Positions 13,364 to 26,712 of a stretch of DNA of 64,000 nucleotides are shown in pieces. Position 1 is the first letter of the stretch, and each line of letters opens with the position of its first letter. The translations under genes and the position numbers were made by a program. Location: assembly GCF_018977255.1 (NCBI RefSeq), contig NW_024704743.1, positions 9,116,001-9,180,000 on the forward strand, read 5' to 3'. This DNA is from Callorhinchus milii. Its lineage: Eukaryota. The notes beneath the pieces were generated by a model. The model searched no databases, was not told where the DNA came from, and worked only from the letters and a program-made list of their open reading frames with translations.

Positions 13364-15288
13364 ATCCATTTACCTGCCCTTCCCCCAACCCTTGTAGATG
13401 CCTCTTTTTTAAGGTATTTGAAGACATTTGTGTCTGAAAGTTAATAAACACTAATGAAGAGAGCTAAGGATATCAGGATGTGAATACTGATTTCAAACTT
13501 GCGTTACCGCAAGGAAAACAGCCCTCAAAGTGCTTCTACAGCTTAACAACTAAAAACTAGCATTCGCACGTGGGGCTCAACACCACTCAAATGTGAGGCA
13601 ATTCAGCAAGTTTTAAAATTCAGGTCTATTTATAATAGAATATACTGTAAAGTGAATTAACTGCATATTATGTGGCCGAAACATGGCAGCCAATTGCGCA
13701 CAGCAGTGTCTGTCCTACGAACAGTCCATTGATTGAGTGACCAAATCATTATTTTTCTTGTTCTTTTTTAAGGGATTGTTAACTCTGGAAACTTCTAGGT
13801 AAACGTTTTGCTCCTGCCCAGGAATTGAATATTTACATTTTCAACATTTACATCAATACATAACAAAAACCTCAAATGGAAGGTTTATGAACATGCTTCA
13901 GGCACTTTGATGCTTGCAAATTCTTGTAATTTCACAAGAGCATGATTGGTTTGGATGAAGAAGGTCCTTCAGCCCATTAGATCTCATTCTTCCAGAATAC
14001 CCACCCTCCTAATCACAGCATCAAGCTGTGTGTTTTTAATATAAAAGAGCTCAGTATTTTGTAACGATTTTGGGGAGGAAAGAAAGGTAGAAAAGAGAAA
14101 TACAGTGCAGCCCCATTATAATGCACTTCACTATAGCACACATTCACTTATAATGGGTGGCACTGTGAATCATGTTAATTGCATGTATGTGCTGATGGCT
14201 TGCTTGCTTCCTGTAGCACTGGTCAGATTTTCGTGCTACAATGCCCAACACCTGGTCCATTAGGTCACCTCTGTTGGCACTTTCTCGTTTGGGCAGAATG
14301 CAGGAAGTTAACCCAATAAACTGCCAGTTTTTTCTTTCAGGAAGCACACAGGGAGGGAGAGAGCAGGCCAGCAATGTGCATGCACAGTCAGGCTAGCGAT
14401 TATGGCTTGTTGCAATGCAGGATGGGATTTAATGGTCCCAAATAATAAAACATACATTTGTATAGCACCTTTCACATCAGGAGGACGGGTTAAAGGACTT
14501 TACAAGTTGGCTGGGCATCTGCGTTGATGTGTGTGTGTGGCACGGAGGGGAAAGGTGACCAAAACAACAACAAGATTACATTTGTATAGCGCCTTTCACG
14601 TCGGGAGGATGTCCCAAAAGTGTGGTTTAAGATGCAAAATTTTAGGCAGTCAAACACTGTTATAATGAGGCTGTGCTGTACTTTACAGGGACAAATGAAG
14701 TCAGATTGAATACCATCCAGAAGAATACCGATGAGCAATGTGGATCTTTGTTGGATAGCTATATCAAGAGGGAGAGATAACTTGAGTGTTTGTATCCTCT
14801 GCGGAAACATCCCCACCAAAAGACTGTCGAACAAAGGCTTGCACTTGTTTTGGAGGCATGTTGGGATGTCAGGTACCACTGGGACTGTAATTTACAACCA
14901 CAATAGGAGAGAGGCGAGGAGCTTAACCACTATTCTACTGATTTACTGGATTTCATTTTTAATAATTAATGTTCAGCTTTAAGCAAATAAAGTGAACTCT
15001 AGATTATATAACCTCTATTGATCTGAACTATGGAACTTCCTAAACTACATTTGGGTTTCAATTAAACTCACTGACTGTGTGAATGCTTTCTTTCCTGAAC
15101 TGTCTCAAACTAATTTGTGGCCTGTATTAAATTGTAACAGAGCACTTATTTATGTCCATTTCATTATTTGAACTGTTGAATTTAACCGCTTATAAAGAGT
15201 ATTTTATTATTGCAAATCCCATCAAATAAAAGCTCATTTTGTCTCGCATGTATAAATGCACCAGCAAAGCAGCAAGAGGTGGCAGGAT

Positions 15289-15630
15289 GGTAACAGTCTT
15301 AAATTTTTTTTATTAATAATTCAAAACTACGACTCTTTTCTGAAAACCCAGCTTATTAAGCTGGGAAAGGTTACCTACATGTGCTAACTAGACTGAATTT
15401 GGGATGCCAAGTCTCATTTAATAAGGAAGCATTTTGCTGTATAACTCAAAACCTGACTTTCAGGTAACAGCCTAAACATTTTTTTAAATTAATAATTCAA
15501 AACTACGACTCTTTTCAGGAAACCCAGCAGTTTTATTAAATCGGCAAAGGCTACCTACATATGCTAACAAGACTGAATTTCAGACTTCAAGTCTTATTAA
15601 TTAGGGAACATTTTGCTATAGAACTCAAAC
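15289..15630. repeat. Tandem duplication, ~175-bp unit x ~2
   Basis: attaataattcaaaactacgactcttttc, tacctacat.tgctaac.agactgaattt and cattttgct.ta.aactcaaa each occur twice, about 175-180 bp apart. Confidence 0.9.
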
Positions 15631-18549
15631 GTTGCATTCCATCTTCATGAAACTCACAGGGTATATTGGTAATGTTTAAAGGACAAAGAATTGCAAATCA
15701 GACCATATTTAATATGCACAGATTAATTTTCTAAAATAGATTTGCTTCCATTTAAAATACCATAAATGATGCTAGGCAAGCTGTCCTATGGAAGCAGTTC
15801 ATTTCCCTCCCTCTCTCCCTTCCTCTCTCTGGCTCTGCCTTTGACTCATCCCCTCTTTGAGGGGACCTCTTTGCTCTCCTTGAGGTATGCTTTTGACCGC
15901 CTTTCCCCCATGCTTCCACTTCAGTTCCCTCCATCCTGGCTTTAACGGCCATATTTAGTGTACTTGGACATTCAATCCACGACTGTTTGTGGGACACTGC
16001 TGTGTTTTGTCCACAAAATATAGTCAATTCACTTTACATTCACTTCAGTATATTCTGTGAAGCGCTTAAGACGGCTCAACAATGTGATAAGGTGCTGTGT
16101 CAAATGCAAGGATTATTATTATTGTAACTGGGTGCAATGGGCACTGCTGCTCAGTTGGGTTTGCACCCACTTTAAGCAAAATCCTGCTGTAGTTTTTCCA
16201 CTGTTTCGTCCCCTGTCTCAAATGCTCCCTGACAGGCAAGTCAGAAACAAAGAGCTCACTAATGTTTTTTAAAAAATAAATTGGGGAAATGCTTTCAATG
16301 AAAATAAAAGTAGCTGGAAAAATAAAAAAAGTTCCATTATTGTATTGCCATGGAGGATTTTCAGTCAATGACCCTTCCATTCAGCAAACTAACTACTGCC
16401 AGCCACAGAACATCACTTCAGAACAATAATCCGGGTCAACAGCTCGAGAGATTGAGAGAGCACAGACCTCCAGGTTTCCTGTGTTGTTTAGTCTGCACAC
16501 GCCTGGACACAATGGACTGCAAGCTTGTTTCTTTTTACTAAAGAAAATAGGAAGCAGGAAGAGATCCCACACAAGCAGCAGACAATATACTCGACTGCCT
16601 TTCGGTACTGTAGAAAACCGCAGCTACAGTGGCAGGTTCCAAACAGCAAGCTGAGGAGCAAGAAATCTGACTTGGTCCACACAGCATCTCGCTAAGCCCA
16701 TCGCGAGGGTTAGATGGTTTTGCAGTAATCTGCAAAGCTCAAAACCTGGTGAAGTTCGTTTTCACAGAGCTGCCAGTTCGGCTTCAATCAGGGAAAGTAC
16801 TGTGGATGAATCAGGGCTTCGATTGACTGTTCTCCTTGTGAATGCACCATCTGGCAGTGCACATCAGAAGAGAGCTGACTACAAGTTAGGAGTTTCCAAA
16901 CATTAACAGCTTTCAGTTTGGATTGATGACACAATATCCTCGGTATACGCAAATTAATAAACACTGTCTCTGTGTTTCCAATTGTGAACTCCAGCCTCAC
17001 TTGTTACCACACGTTATTGTTACCAAACAAAATGTAACATTCATCTTTCACTAATCTATTCAAGTCTGAACGTACTGAGATGTTGGTAACCTTGCCATAT
17101 TTCACAATTTGTGACTTTTCATCCATTCCACGGTGTCCAAAAAGACAGACTTAAATTATGGCAACACAGAACACTGTGCCTAGTTATGGATCTTTCGTCC
17201 ATCGCATTTCGCCCACAAAATATAAAGTCAATTCATTTTCCAGTCTATTCTGTGAAGCGCTTTGAGATGTCTCGAAGACGTGATTAAGCGCTTTATCAAA
17301 TGCAAGGATTATTATTATCTCCCTCCCATCTCATCCAAACTCAGCAAGCATGTGACACTCAAGTATAGGCGTTTCATTAAATAATTTCAGCTGTGTTATT
17401 AGGGAGCTCACAGATGGACTGAAAACTTTTACAACTGAAGCTTAAACAATGATCGATCTATTAATCTTTTTGAATACATTAATACATTGAATACATTAAA
17501 CTTGCATTTGGTTACAGCGCCAATAACATCAAAACATCTGAAAACCCTTCACGGTAGATTGCTGCAAGTGAAGTGACTGTGTCATTGTTGGGTGAAAGTG
17601 GCAGCCAATTTGCACACAGCAATACAACTGTTTAGTTACAAGCAGTTTCAAAGGAAACTGAAAACAATATAGCAAACAGTTGATCACTGTTCAGTCACAG
17701 AGCTAAAAGCTTACAATTGCCGCAAGGCTCTATGGCCAATGGTTTAAGCTGTTTCACCTGGATCCATACTGAGAATAATTACAATATGGCAGCCTCCACA
17801 TTTCAAAGAAAAAAATCAAACAATGAATTAAAGTGTATTAAAGCACATTCCTCATTTTTATCATAGTCCAAGCTAAGTTTGAATTTTCAAACGATTGGTT
17901 ATTATGACAATGTTTGTGTTACTGTGTTAAGTATTCTTGTCAGAATTCCCTTCTTTACAATTTGTCATTCGTGAATCATGAAAGCTTTTCTGTTCTTTGG
18001 ATAAAATTGCTGTCTTTGAAAGCTTTTCAAAAACCTTCAAAACAGCCGTTTTAAATCTTCATGTTTATCCTTTTTTTGGTCTACTGTGCATCTGACACAT
18101 GCAGAAACGCATCACTCTACACTACCCAAATTTAAGGCACAAGAAGAGCGATAACATCACATTCAGATGATGACATTATTGCAACATTTCAAAGCATTTC
18201 AAGGAAAAATGTTTGCATCATTGTATTGCAGTCACTGTCAAATGAAAAGGTATGGTAATTTATGCTGTTTAAAAAGGTGGCCATCTTATGGAACAAGTAC
18301 ATTTCACTGAGAACCGTCGGCATCATTTTCCAATATTTCTCAATACAAGCCATTCATTAAAGAATCCGATTCACATAATTGGGAGCTCCTTAAGGCAACC
18401 AGAAGTACATCACATCAACCCACGGGAAGTTTATTCAAAAGCAAACTCCTTCTGGAGTGGAATGCCAGCAGGTGGCTGGGAATTCTAATGGGATCCTTGA
18501 ATAAGGAATTTCATTAAGAAATACTGTCTTTATGTAATACAGATCATAC

Positions 18550-18672
18550 CTCTCCTGTTCCTGTTGCATTCGTATCCGCTCTTCCTCAGATGGCAGTGTT
18601 TCTTCCACTTTGCTCTTTGACCCTTTGCGTTCCAGCTTCCCCATCTTTTCATCCTTACGGTATTTGCCAAAC
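18550..18672 (-). CDS. PARD3: PARD3 internal coding exon (123 bp, phase 2-2): (R)FGKYRKDEKMGKLERKGSKSKVEETLPSEEERIRMQQEQE(R)
   Basis: Acceptor gccaacag|GTTTGGC at 18672 and donor GAGAG|gtatga at 18550. The translation matches my recollection of the vertebrate Par-3 segment FGKHRKDDK...SEEERIRMKQEQER, at the start of the C-terminal coiled coil. Confidence 0.93.
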
Positions 18673-19468
18673 CTGTTGGCACAATAGATTCATTCAGCAT
18701 TTAGAACTACAGACATTTACAGTACAGAAGGTCGTCAGTTGGCCCATTCTTGTCTGTGCTCGTAAGGAATCATTTTGTTTTCAATGCAAATTTGATCTTA
18801 TAATTCTGGATTCATTAATCTTCAGCTATCAGATCATTCCATTTGCAGAAGAATTTTTGAATATATATATATATCACATATATGAGGAAGATACAAAATC
18901 ACATTATGTTTATAGCACAGAGGAGACCATTTAGCCCATTGTTTACAATACAATTACATTTATATAGCACCTTTCATGTTGGGAGGAGTTCTTTAGACGC
19001 CAATACAACATGAATACAAAAAAATTATCATTGACCAAAAAAGATCACGAATGCTAATGTTACTAAACCATTGATAACACAGGTAGAGAGCTGGAATTTT
19101 AAAAATGGTGATTGCAAAAACAAGTAGCTGTGGCAGACAGATGAGCTGAATGACTCCCTCCTCTACAGAAAATTTCTTATTAGTGATCCTATGGGAAGAG
19201 ACCTTACACCATATTATAGAGTACATTGACATGGCTGAACAAATGGTACCCTAACAGAGCTCACAATTCTTGAAGGGGCTGGGTAGTGGAAGTTTGATGG
19301 AAACTGAACTGTTTTGGCTTTCCACAAGTTATGCATATACAGTAAAATTCCCCACCTCCCTTGCTTGGCATCTAAACCAATCTCTATGAATCACTCCAAG
19401 ACTTTACTTTACGTGATGGAGGCTATATAAACGTAAGCTGTTATACTGGAAAAGAAACCTTTGGGTCC

Positions 19469-19631
19469 AGTAATATGGTGACCTGAGAACCTAAATCACC
19501 TTGATATGTCCAAGAAAGATGCAGACGTGGAATCAATAATAATTATTATTATTATTATTATTATTGATTCCACCTCTGCATCTTTCTTGGACATATCAAG
19601 GTGATTTAGGTTCTCAGGTCACCATATTACT
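19469..19631. repeat. Near-perfect inverted repeat (75-bp arms, 13-nt loop, 1 mismatch)
   Basis: 19469-19543 pairs with 19557-19631; the only mismatch seen is C19526 against C19574. Confidence 0.97.
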
Positions 19632-20882
19632 ACCTCTACCTCTGCATCTTTCTTGGACAATAATAATACTTGCATTTGGTATTGCGCATTTCAAACCAGG
19701 AAGAAGTTTCAAAGCGCTTCACAGGATATGCTGTAAAGCATAGTGACTGTATTTGTAGGTGAACACAATAGAATGTTTAAAGGAGAGATAAACAGATACT
19801 TGGAAAGTTGAGATATTAAGGGGTATGGCAAAAAGGCAAGTGATTAAAAGATCTTGCAAAATCGAATAAACCAGTGGAACAAGCTGAAGCATCTGAATGG
19901 CCTCCTCCTGTTCCTGTTTTCCTATATTCATATTCTATAGATGAGCAAATGTTTTTTGATTCCTCCACGATTTGAACATGGAATTGTTCAAAGGGATGAT
20001 CATGTTCTTCCCAACCCAAGAGTATTCAATAATAATTTGTGGGTGTCTTTTCATTATGCACACCATGTTATTAATGAAATTAACAAATTGTGCCATATTG
20101 CAAATGCTCCCGTTGCTTGCTTGCTGGAATGCCTCTTGGTTCTAAAACTGTATGCAAAAAAAATTACAAAAAAAATCGTCAACACAATTTGTTTTCACAT
20201 CCAAATTCTTGGGGCAATCAAATGAGATGAACGATCATTCAATTCCACTTGCAGGTTGCTTTCTCTGTGGACAGTCCCTGTGTTCAGGGACTGCAATCAG
20301 CATGCCAGCAGCTTACAAGCAGCCTGGAACCAGCAAAAGATGCACTTCAGGGAGTACCAGACTATTACAGCAGACAGAAGCTGATGGTTACTAATGCATG
20401 TGCTGCATTTCACTCATTCAAAAACAAGTCAATTCACTGGGAAACACGCTGTAATAGAATTCGGCTTGAATAAATTCCCAGGGCATGTTCAGCTGGCATG
20501 ATTAGTAATACACTGTCCACCAGATCAATACTTCATATGAAAACACAAAGCATTATTTTGTGCATTAACTCAAAGCAGAAGGAAAGGTTAAGGAAGCGCA
20601 TCTGGAGAGAAACAAATCAATTCTCACATTTTATTCAAAACACTGCACATTTAATTGAGATGATTGTATATGTGCTCTGGTGCCACCCAGAGCTTTGGTT
20701 GATCTGTAAAAACAAGCACTAATAACATTTATAATTCCACATTTTCCAAAGACAGTGTCCCTGAAATCCACATACTTTAGTACCAAGTAAATAAATGTAT
20801 TTGAGCTCCTAGAGTCAAGCGTCTACTGTTAATTACATTTCAATGTCCTCTGCAGGGTGCCTCCAAAGGCTCGGTTTGGAAA

Positions 20883-21308
20883 TGTCAGCCTGGCTCAGCT
20901 GGTAGCACTCTCACCTCTGATTCGCAAGATTTTGCGTTTAAGCTCCACGCTGGGACCTTGAGCTCATAGTCTAGGCTGACACCTAAATATTACACTTGGG
21001 GAGCACTGCATTGTCTCAGATGCCTTCCTATGGATGAAACATTGAAGTCCTGCCTGCCTATCTAAGTGGACCTTAATTATCTCATGGCATTATTCAAAAA
21101 GAGGAGGGAGTTTCTCCTGGTGTCCTGGTCACCAATCCTCCAAATAAAACTGGTCATTCACTCCACAACTGTTTGTGGGACATTTGTGTGTTGCCAAATT
21201 AGCTGCCAAATTTACCAACAAATAAACAGTGACTACACTTTACAGTAAACCCCGTGAAGGGTTTTTAGAAATTGCGACAATGTGGTAAGACGCTATATCA
21301 ATATTATT
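20883..21308 (+). mobile_element. Deu-SINE, full length
   Basis: Head gtcagcctggctcagctggtagcactctc, Deu core gggagtttctcctggtgtcctgg, tail taagacgctatatca. Confidence 0.75.
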
Positions 21309-21524
21309 TGTAAATTCAGTGCATGGTGAGCCGAGCCATGCAGAGGAGAAAAGACCCTAGTCTACACCCAGTTAGCTAAACACTTGATAATTGGCTCCAG
21401 TGACCCTGTGCCAGGAAGGAGATCAGGAGCGAAACAAACCTATTCTAACAATTTGTTTGGAACACAACGATTTAACTGAGAACACTGGATGTGTGCTCTG
21501 GTGCCATTCAGTACTTTAATCTTT

Positions 21525-21880
21525 AATAATAATCCTCGCATTTGATAAAGTGCCTTATCAAGTTATTGAGACGTCTCAAAGAACTTCACAGAATATACTA
21601 TAAAGTGAATTGACTGTATATTTCATGGGCGAAATGCAGCAGCACCCAGCAGTGTCCCACAAACGGTCGTTGATTGAGTGAACACATTTTTTTGTTTGTT
21701 TTTTGAAGAGATTATTACCCCCGGAGTATAATTTGCCAATCGATTAACAACCGAGTTCCTGCTTACTGCTAGGTAAACAGAAGCTTGTGGAGTAAGGAAA
21801 CTTGTCTAAGGTTTCGCCCTGCCTGAGAATCAAATCCAGGTCTCTCGCTTGCGAGGTAACCACTGAGCTACATGACTCAA
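21525..21880 (-). mobile_element. SINE-A, long subfamily
   Basis: Retains the internal block (minus strand) tctgtttacctagcagtaagcaggaac; head and tail both present. Confidence 0.8.
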
Positions 21881-22883
21881 CTGTAGCGGTCGTTGTTTTA
21901 TCATTTTACATTTTCAAAAAGTAGCATCCCTTTAATTCGTACATCAGGCAGGCTTCTGGTTCTAATTGCCACCTATTATCTTTGTTGTAAACTGTTATCT
22001 TTGCTGTAAACTATACCCTAGTGGAAATCACAAGGAACAGGCTTGGTTTGAAGGCTCTCCCTTTCCTGGGGTATCATCAGACATCAGACACTAGCTGTCC
22101 ATGGTGCCACATCAAGAATAGCCATTTGGAATAGTGCAAGCTGCAAAGCCACACCCAGGTGCCTTCAGGAGGAAAGGCAAATATATATCAATGAAGTCTT
22201 CATTAGTTAATCATGTAAGGCATGCATGACCAAGGGGTTCCACTAGAATCATAAATCATCTTGGTTTTATAGCCCTCTGAACCCCACGATTAAATTGCAT
22301 TCTTAAACTCACTCCCTGGGGTCCTTTTATAAGACACATGCTTCAGTTTTCTCATCAGCTCTTTATTGCATTTATGAGCTGACTTTGTTGTTGCTGACTG
22401 TGTGCTCAGTCTTCAGTGCACGCAGATATTCAGTAGATCACAAAGGGGGGAAAAACACGGCAGTCAGCATAGGTTAGAAATGTTAATACTGCACATGCTG
22501 CGTTTACAGCAGTGGTTTACAGGGATCATTCACTGCTACAGTGACTGTCATCTGTACCATCGGCTCAGTCTTAGTCACTCAACCTGGTTTCACTTCTCTC
22601 TCTTCTCCCCCCCAATTGGGTCACCTCCTACTCGCCTTTCCAAGTAAAAAGAGGTCAGGGCTTATGTAAATGAAAATTGTAACACTATCCTGCAAGTAAA
22701 CCATGCTCCTCTCTTCAAGGTGTATTGTGCATCAGCTGAACAACCCGTTATCGAGAGACAGTGAGAATTCATTTGCCAGCTGTCCAAACTTCAGGAGAGG
22801 GAAAAGGATTGTATCTAGAGCATCCAATGTTATGCAAAAATGTAAAAGCACAACTAGATATTGAGGCGGAGGAGAATCACTAC

Positions 22884-23022
22884 AATTCTAAATGTGTGTG
22901 TGAGAGATGTGAGAGAGATAGAGAAATAAACTGTGTAAGATAGAGACTGACAAAACGAGTGAATGTTGTGTATGGGAGGAGAGAGATAGACAGACACAGA
23001 GATAGATACACACACAGACAGT
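22884..23022. repeat. Degenerate (TG)/(GA)/(CA) simple repeat
   Basis: Visible dinucleotide runs. Confidence 0.7.
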
Positions 23023-23761
23023 GTAAATTTGTTTATCATATGTACATCAATGCACACATTGGCATCATGTATACCATTCAGCCTCATTTATCAGACTCAG
23101 TTTGTCAATAAAAGAGCAGTGTATTAAGCTTAACGGTGCAGTGAAACATTCTGCTTCCAAAATTTATTTTCATAAGAAAAATCTTCGAGGCAGACAGTAA
23201 AGGAGAATCAACATCATAAAGGCCTTTCAATCTTTCTGAATGTCCAGGATCAATGGAATAAATGAAGCACCAATCTGGTACGAGTTTTTTTTTATAAACC
23301 TGGTTATAAAGTAATGCCCTTAGAGGGTTAATGAGTCACCGCTACATAGAAAAAACTGAGAGGGCTTCACTGGGAAGCAGCTTATGTTTGGTTTTGTTTA
23401 AAGATGGATATATAAATATTACACAGCGAGATGGGATTTCAAAGCTAAGTTGTCCGTACGTGCCCGTGGCTTGAGATTTAGTGAGCTGCAAATCACTTAT
23501 TCAAACATGCAACATCCTGAAACGTCTAATTTCCTCCATGAAAAATGTTGCCACTTCGACGTTCTACAAAGTAGTCCGCAACTTATTATAAACTTAAATT
23601 GGATTCATCCAAAATGATAAAAGGCAGAATGCAGCATGCTTTTCTCACAGCTGTTCTTGTTAGATTTCCTCACGCTTAGCAAAAAATATAATTAAATGTT
23701 ACTACAACACAGATAGCACACCATTCTATTTCATCCATCAATGCAAGTCAAAGCAGCATTA

Positions 23762-24305
23762 TATAATAATACTAATACTCCTTGCATTTACTACAGTGCC
23801 TTTTATGTCAGGGAAGCTGTTTCAAAGTGCTGCACACGATCTACTGTAATGTGTAGTGACTGTGTATTTTGTAGGCCAATGTGGTAGCTATTTTGAATAC
23901 AGTAATAATCCTCGGATTTGATATCGTGCCTTAGCACATCTTCGAGACATCTCAAAGCGCTTCACAGAATATATTGTAAAGTGAATTCACTGTATACTGT
24001 GTGGGCGAAATAATATCCCATAAACAACTATGAAGTGAATAACCAATTTTATGTGGAGTATTGGCAAGAGCACCAGGAGAAACTCTCTTCTCTTTTCGAG
24101 AAGTCCCATGGGATCTTTATCATCCACCTAAATAGGCAGATGGGACCTCTGTTTAAATGCATAATCCGAATGACAGGACCTCTATCAATACAGTGCACCC
24201 CCAGCACTGCATTGGAGGGTGTGCCAAGACCATGAGTTCAAAGTCTTGAAGCAGTGTTTGAACCCACAACCTTGTGACTCATAGGCGAAAGTACTACCAA
24301 CTGAG
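23762..24305 (-). mobile_element. Deu-SINE with a nested SINE 3' fragment (~23902-24010)
   Basis: Two (AAT)n tails, core cccatgggatcttta and head aacccacaaccttgtgactc. Confidence 0.7.
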
Positions 24306-25435
24306 TAAAAAAAAATACTTCCTGGTATCTGTTATAAACTTGCCCTGCACATCCTGGAGTCTTCAAGCCTAATCTCCGGCCAACTTGCATCTCAATTTTT
24401 CGAAGTAGGTAAATGGATTGCATCCCTCTGGGCTATACCAGACAAATGGAAGTATTTGTACGAATATGTACGAAACATATACGATTCTCAGTAGTTTAGT
24501 TTGGATACTCTGGAATTAGGTAAGCAGGATGTGTCACTCCATGGAAAGTGTGTGTATTCCATTCCAATATATGTGAATTTCCTTGTGTAGGTGCGGAACT
24601 CTTAGTTTGGTTTGGATATGTATCAGACACCTGGTTGGTCAAAAAAAACTTCAGTTTCCAAGTCAAGCTGGCGAAAAGGGAAAACACACTCCATACACGA
24701 TTGTTAAAGACCTTATTGTTTTTACATGAGCTATTTTTGTAGTTTTAAAAAGCTTCATGATTGACAGGAGAAGTAAGTCTCTTTTTAGTGAATGTGGGCA
24801 ATGCAGCTATTTCTCCCCTAAAACACCCACCAACTTGTGTGAATAAAACATGAGAAATACATATGCAATTTACATAGCAACCTAACAAGGCTCAATATCA
24901 CATGGTACCTCTACGAAATGCATTTTGTGCCATAGTGCACAAGATTGCTTATTACATTAGCATCAGTGCTGGTGTTAATAGCAAAAAAAAACTAGAATCT
25001 CTGTCAATTGATTTAAGCTTTCAATCTGAAGCCTGGCATCTGTGGGAAATCTGCTGCATATAATATTTTTTAAATTTAAAAAATAAAAACCTGGTGCACC
25101 ATTAGATTTCTATACATTAGAAAATATCTGAAACACTGTGCAACATGTAACCACTATACAACATTCGAAAAAACTCTCAACCCTCTTGGTTAATGGCATA
25201 ATACCATATTTGTACAACAATTGTACCTCGCCACATGACAAGCAGCTTGGATTTCTTTTCTGCAGTCGCTTGAGATGTCATACCATACCAGCCATACGGA
25301 GACTATCATTGTATTATATTAAAAAATAGCTCAACTCCACGATAACTAAAATGTAACATATTCACAAACATGGGTGTATCTCATAAAAAGAACACTTCGG
25401 AGATTTAGTGACTACATAATCCACAAATAGATCTT

Positions 25436-25940
25436 AACAACAACAACAACAAAATTTCATTTATACAGCGCCTTTCACGTCGGGAGGACGTTCCAGTTGG
25501 GTCGGGACCCGAGCAGGGGGGAAATGGTCAGGGTGAGGGGAGGGAAGGGATGGAGCGAGGAAAGGGTAGAGAGTCGAGAGGGGAGCTGAAGGCACGGTCG
25601 AAGAGAAAGGTCTTGAGACCGGCCTTGAAGGAGGAAAGCGCCTTGGGACGTCCTCCCGACGTGAAAGACGCTCTATAAATGGAATCTTGTTGTTGAAAGG
25701 GATGAAGCAAGGTGAAGGCACTGGTGGATGGAGTTCCAGAGCCTAGGGGCTGAGAGGCTGAAGGCCCGGCCACCGATGGTAGGGCGGTTGGGGCAGGGAA
25801 TGTGGAACAGACCGGAGCCAGAGGAACGGAGGGTACGGGCAGGTAAGTAGGGGGATAGTAGGTCGGAGAGGTAGGAGGGAGGAAGACCATGAATGGCCTT
25901 GTAGGTGAGGATGAGGATCTTGAATTCGAGCACCAGAAAT
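25436..25940 (-). mobile_element. L2 LINE 3' fragment containing an oppositely oriented L2 tail (25638-25695)
   Basis: ORF2 C-terminus FKILILTYKAIHGLPPSYLSDLL...GGRAFSLSAPRLWN...FKAGLKTFLF and a (GTT)n tail. Confidence 0.9.
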
Positions 25941-26219
25941 AACAGTGATTGAATAACCAACTTGATCTGTGATAGTTTTTAACAATTTATTTATTATCCG
26001 AAATAATACACCCTTATCTGCTCTCAGACCATGTGCACTATTGGAATCTCAGAAAAAGCAAAGAAACGTAAGTAATGTCATAGGCAGAGTTACTGATAAT
26101 GCATTTTACTTCACCATTGTCTAACCCTCCCGTCTTTAGAAAGCCCCGGCAAGATTACTATAAACTACCTTGGGGGGGAGGGGGATGACGGACTGGACAA
26201 TGCACAGTCCAAAAAATAT

Positions 26220-26712
26220 TATAATAATCCTTTCATTTGAAATAGCATCTACAACAATGAAAATTTTCAAAATGCTTCACAGGTAATCACCATGATGATG
26301 ACTCTGTGTGCATTGTTAGGCAAACATAGAGCCAGTTTACACATAGCAACGAACCACAAACAGCCATGAAAAATAACGATCAATTATGTTTGAGGGTTTG
26401 TTGGCCAGAGCACTATAAGGAAACCCCTTTCTCTCTTCAAATAATAGTATGGGAACTTTAACATCTACAATATACAGTCACTACACTTTTCAGTAAATCC
26501 TACGAAGCATTTTGAAATGTTTCGACACCGTGATAAGATGCTGTAGCAAGTGCAAGGATTAGAATTTATTTTAAGCAGACAGAACCTTGGTTGAATGTTT
26601 CACCTGAAGCACGGTACTTCCAACAATGCAGCACTCCCCAACACTGCACTTGAGTGTCAGACAAGACAGTCAGCTCAGTCTTGATGTGGGGCTTGAGGTG
26701 AGTTTACTATCA
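26220..26712 (-). mobile_element. Deu-SINE with an inserted opposite-strand SINE fragment (~26468-26565)
   Basis: Tail, core and head motifs are collinear across the insert. Confidence 0.6.
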
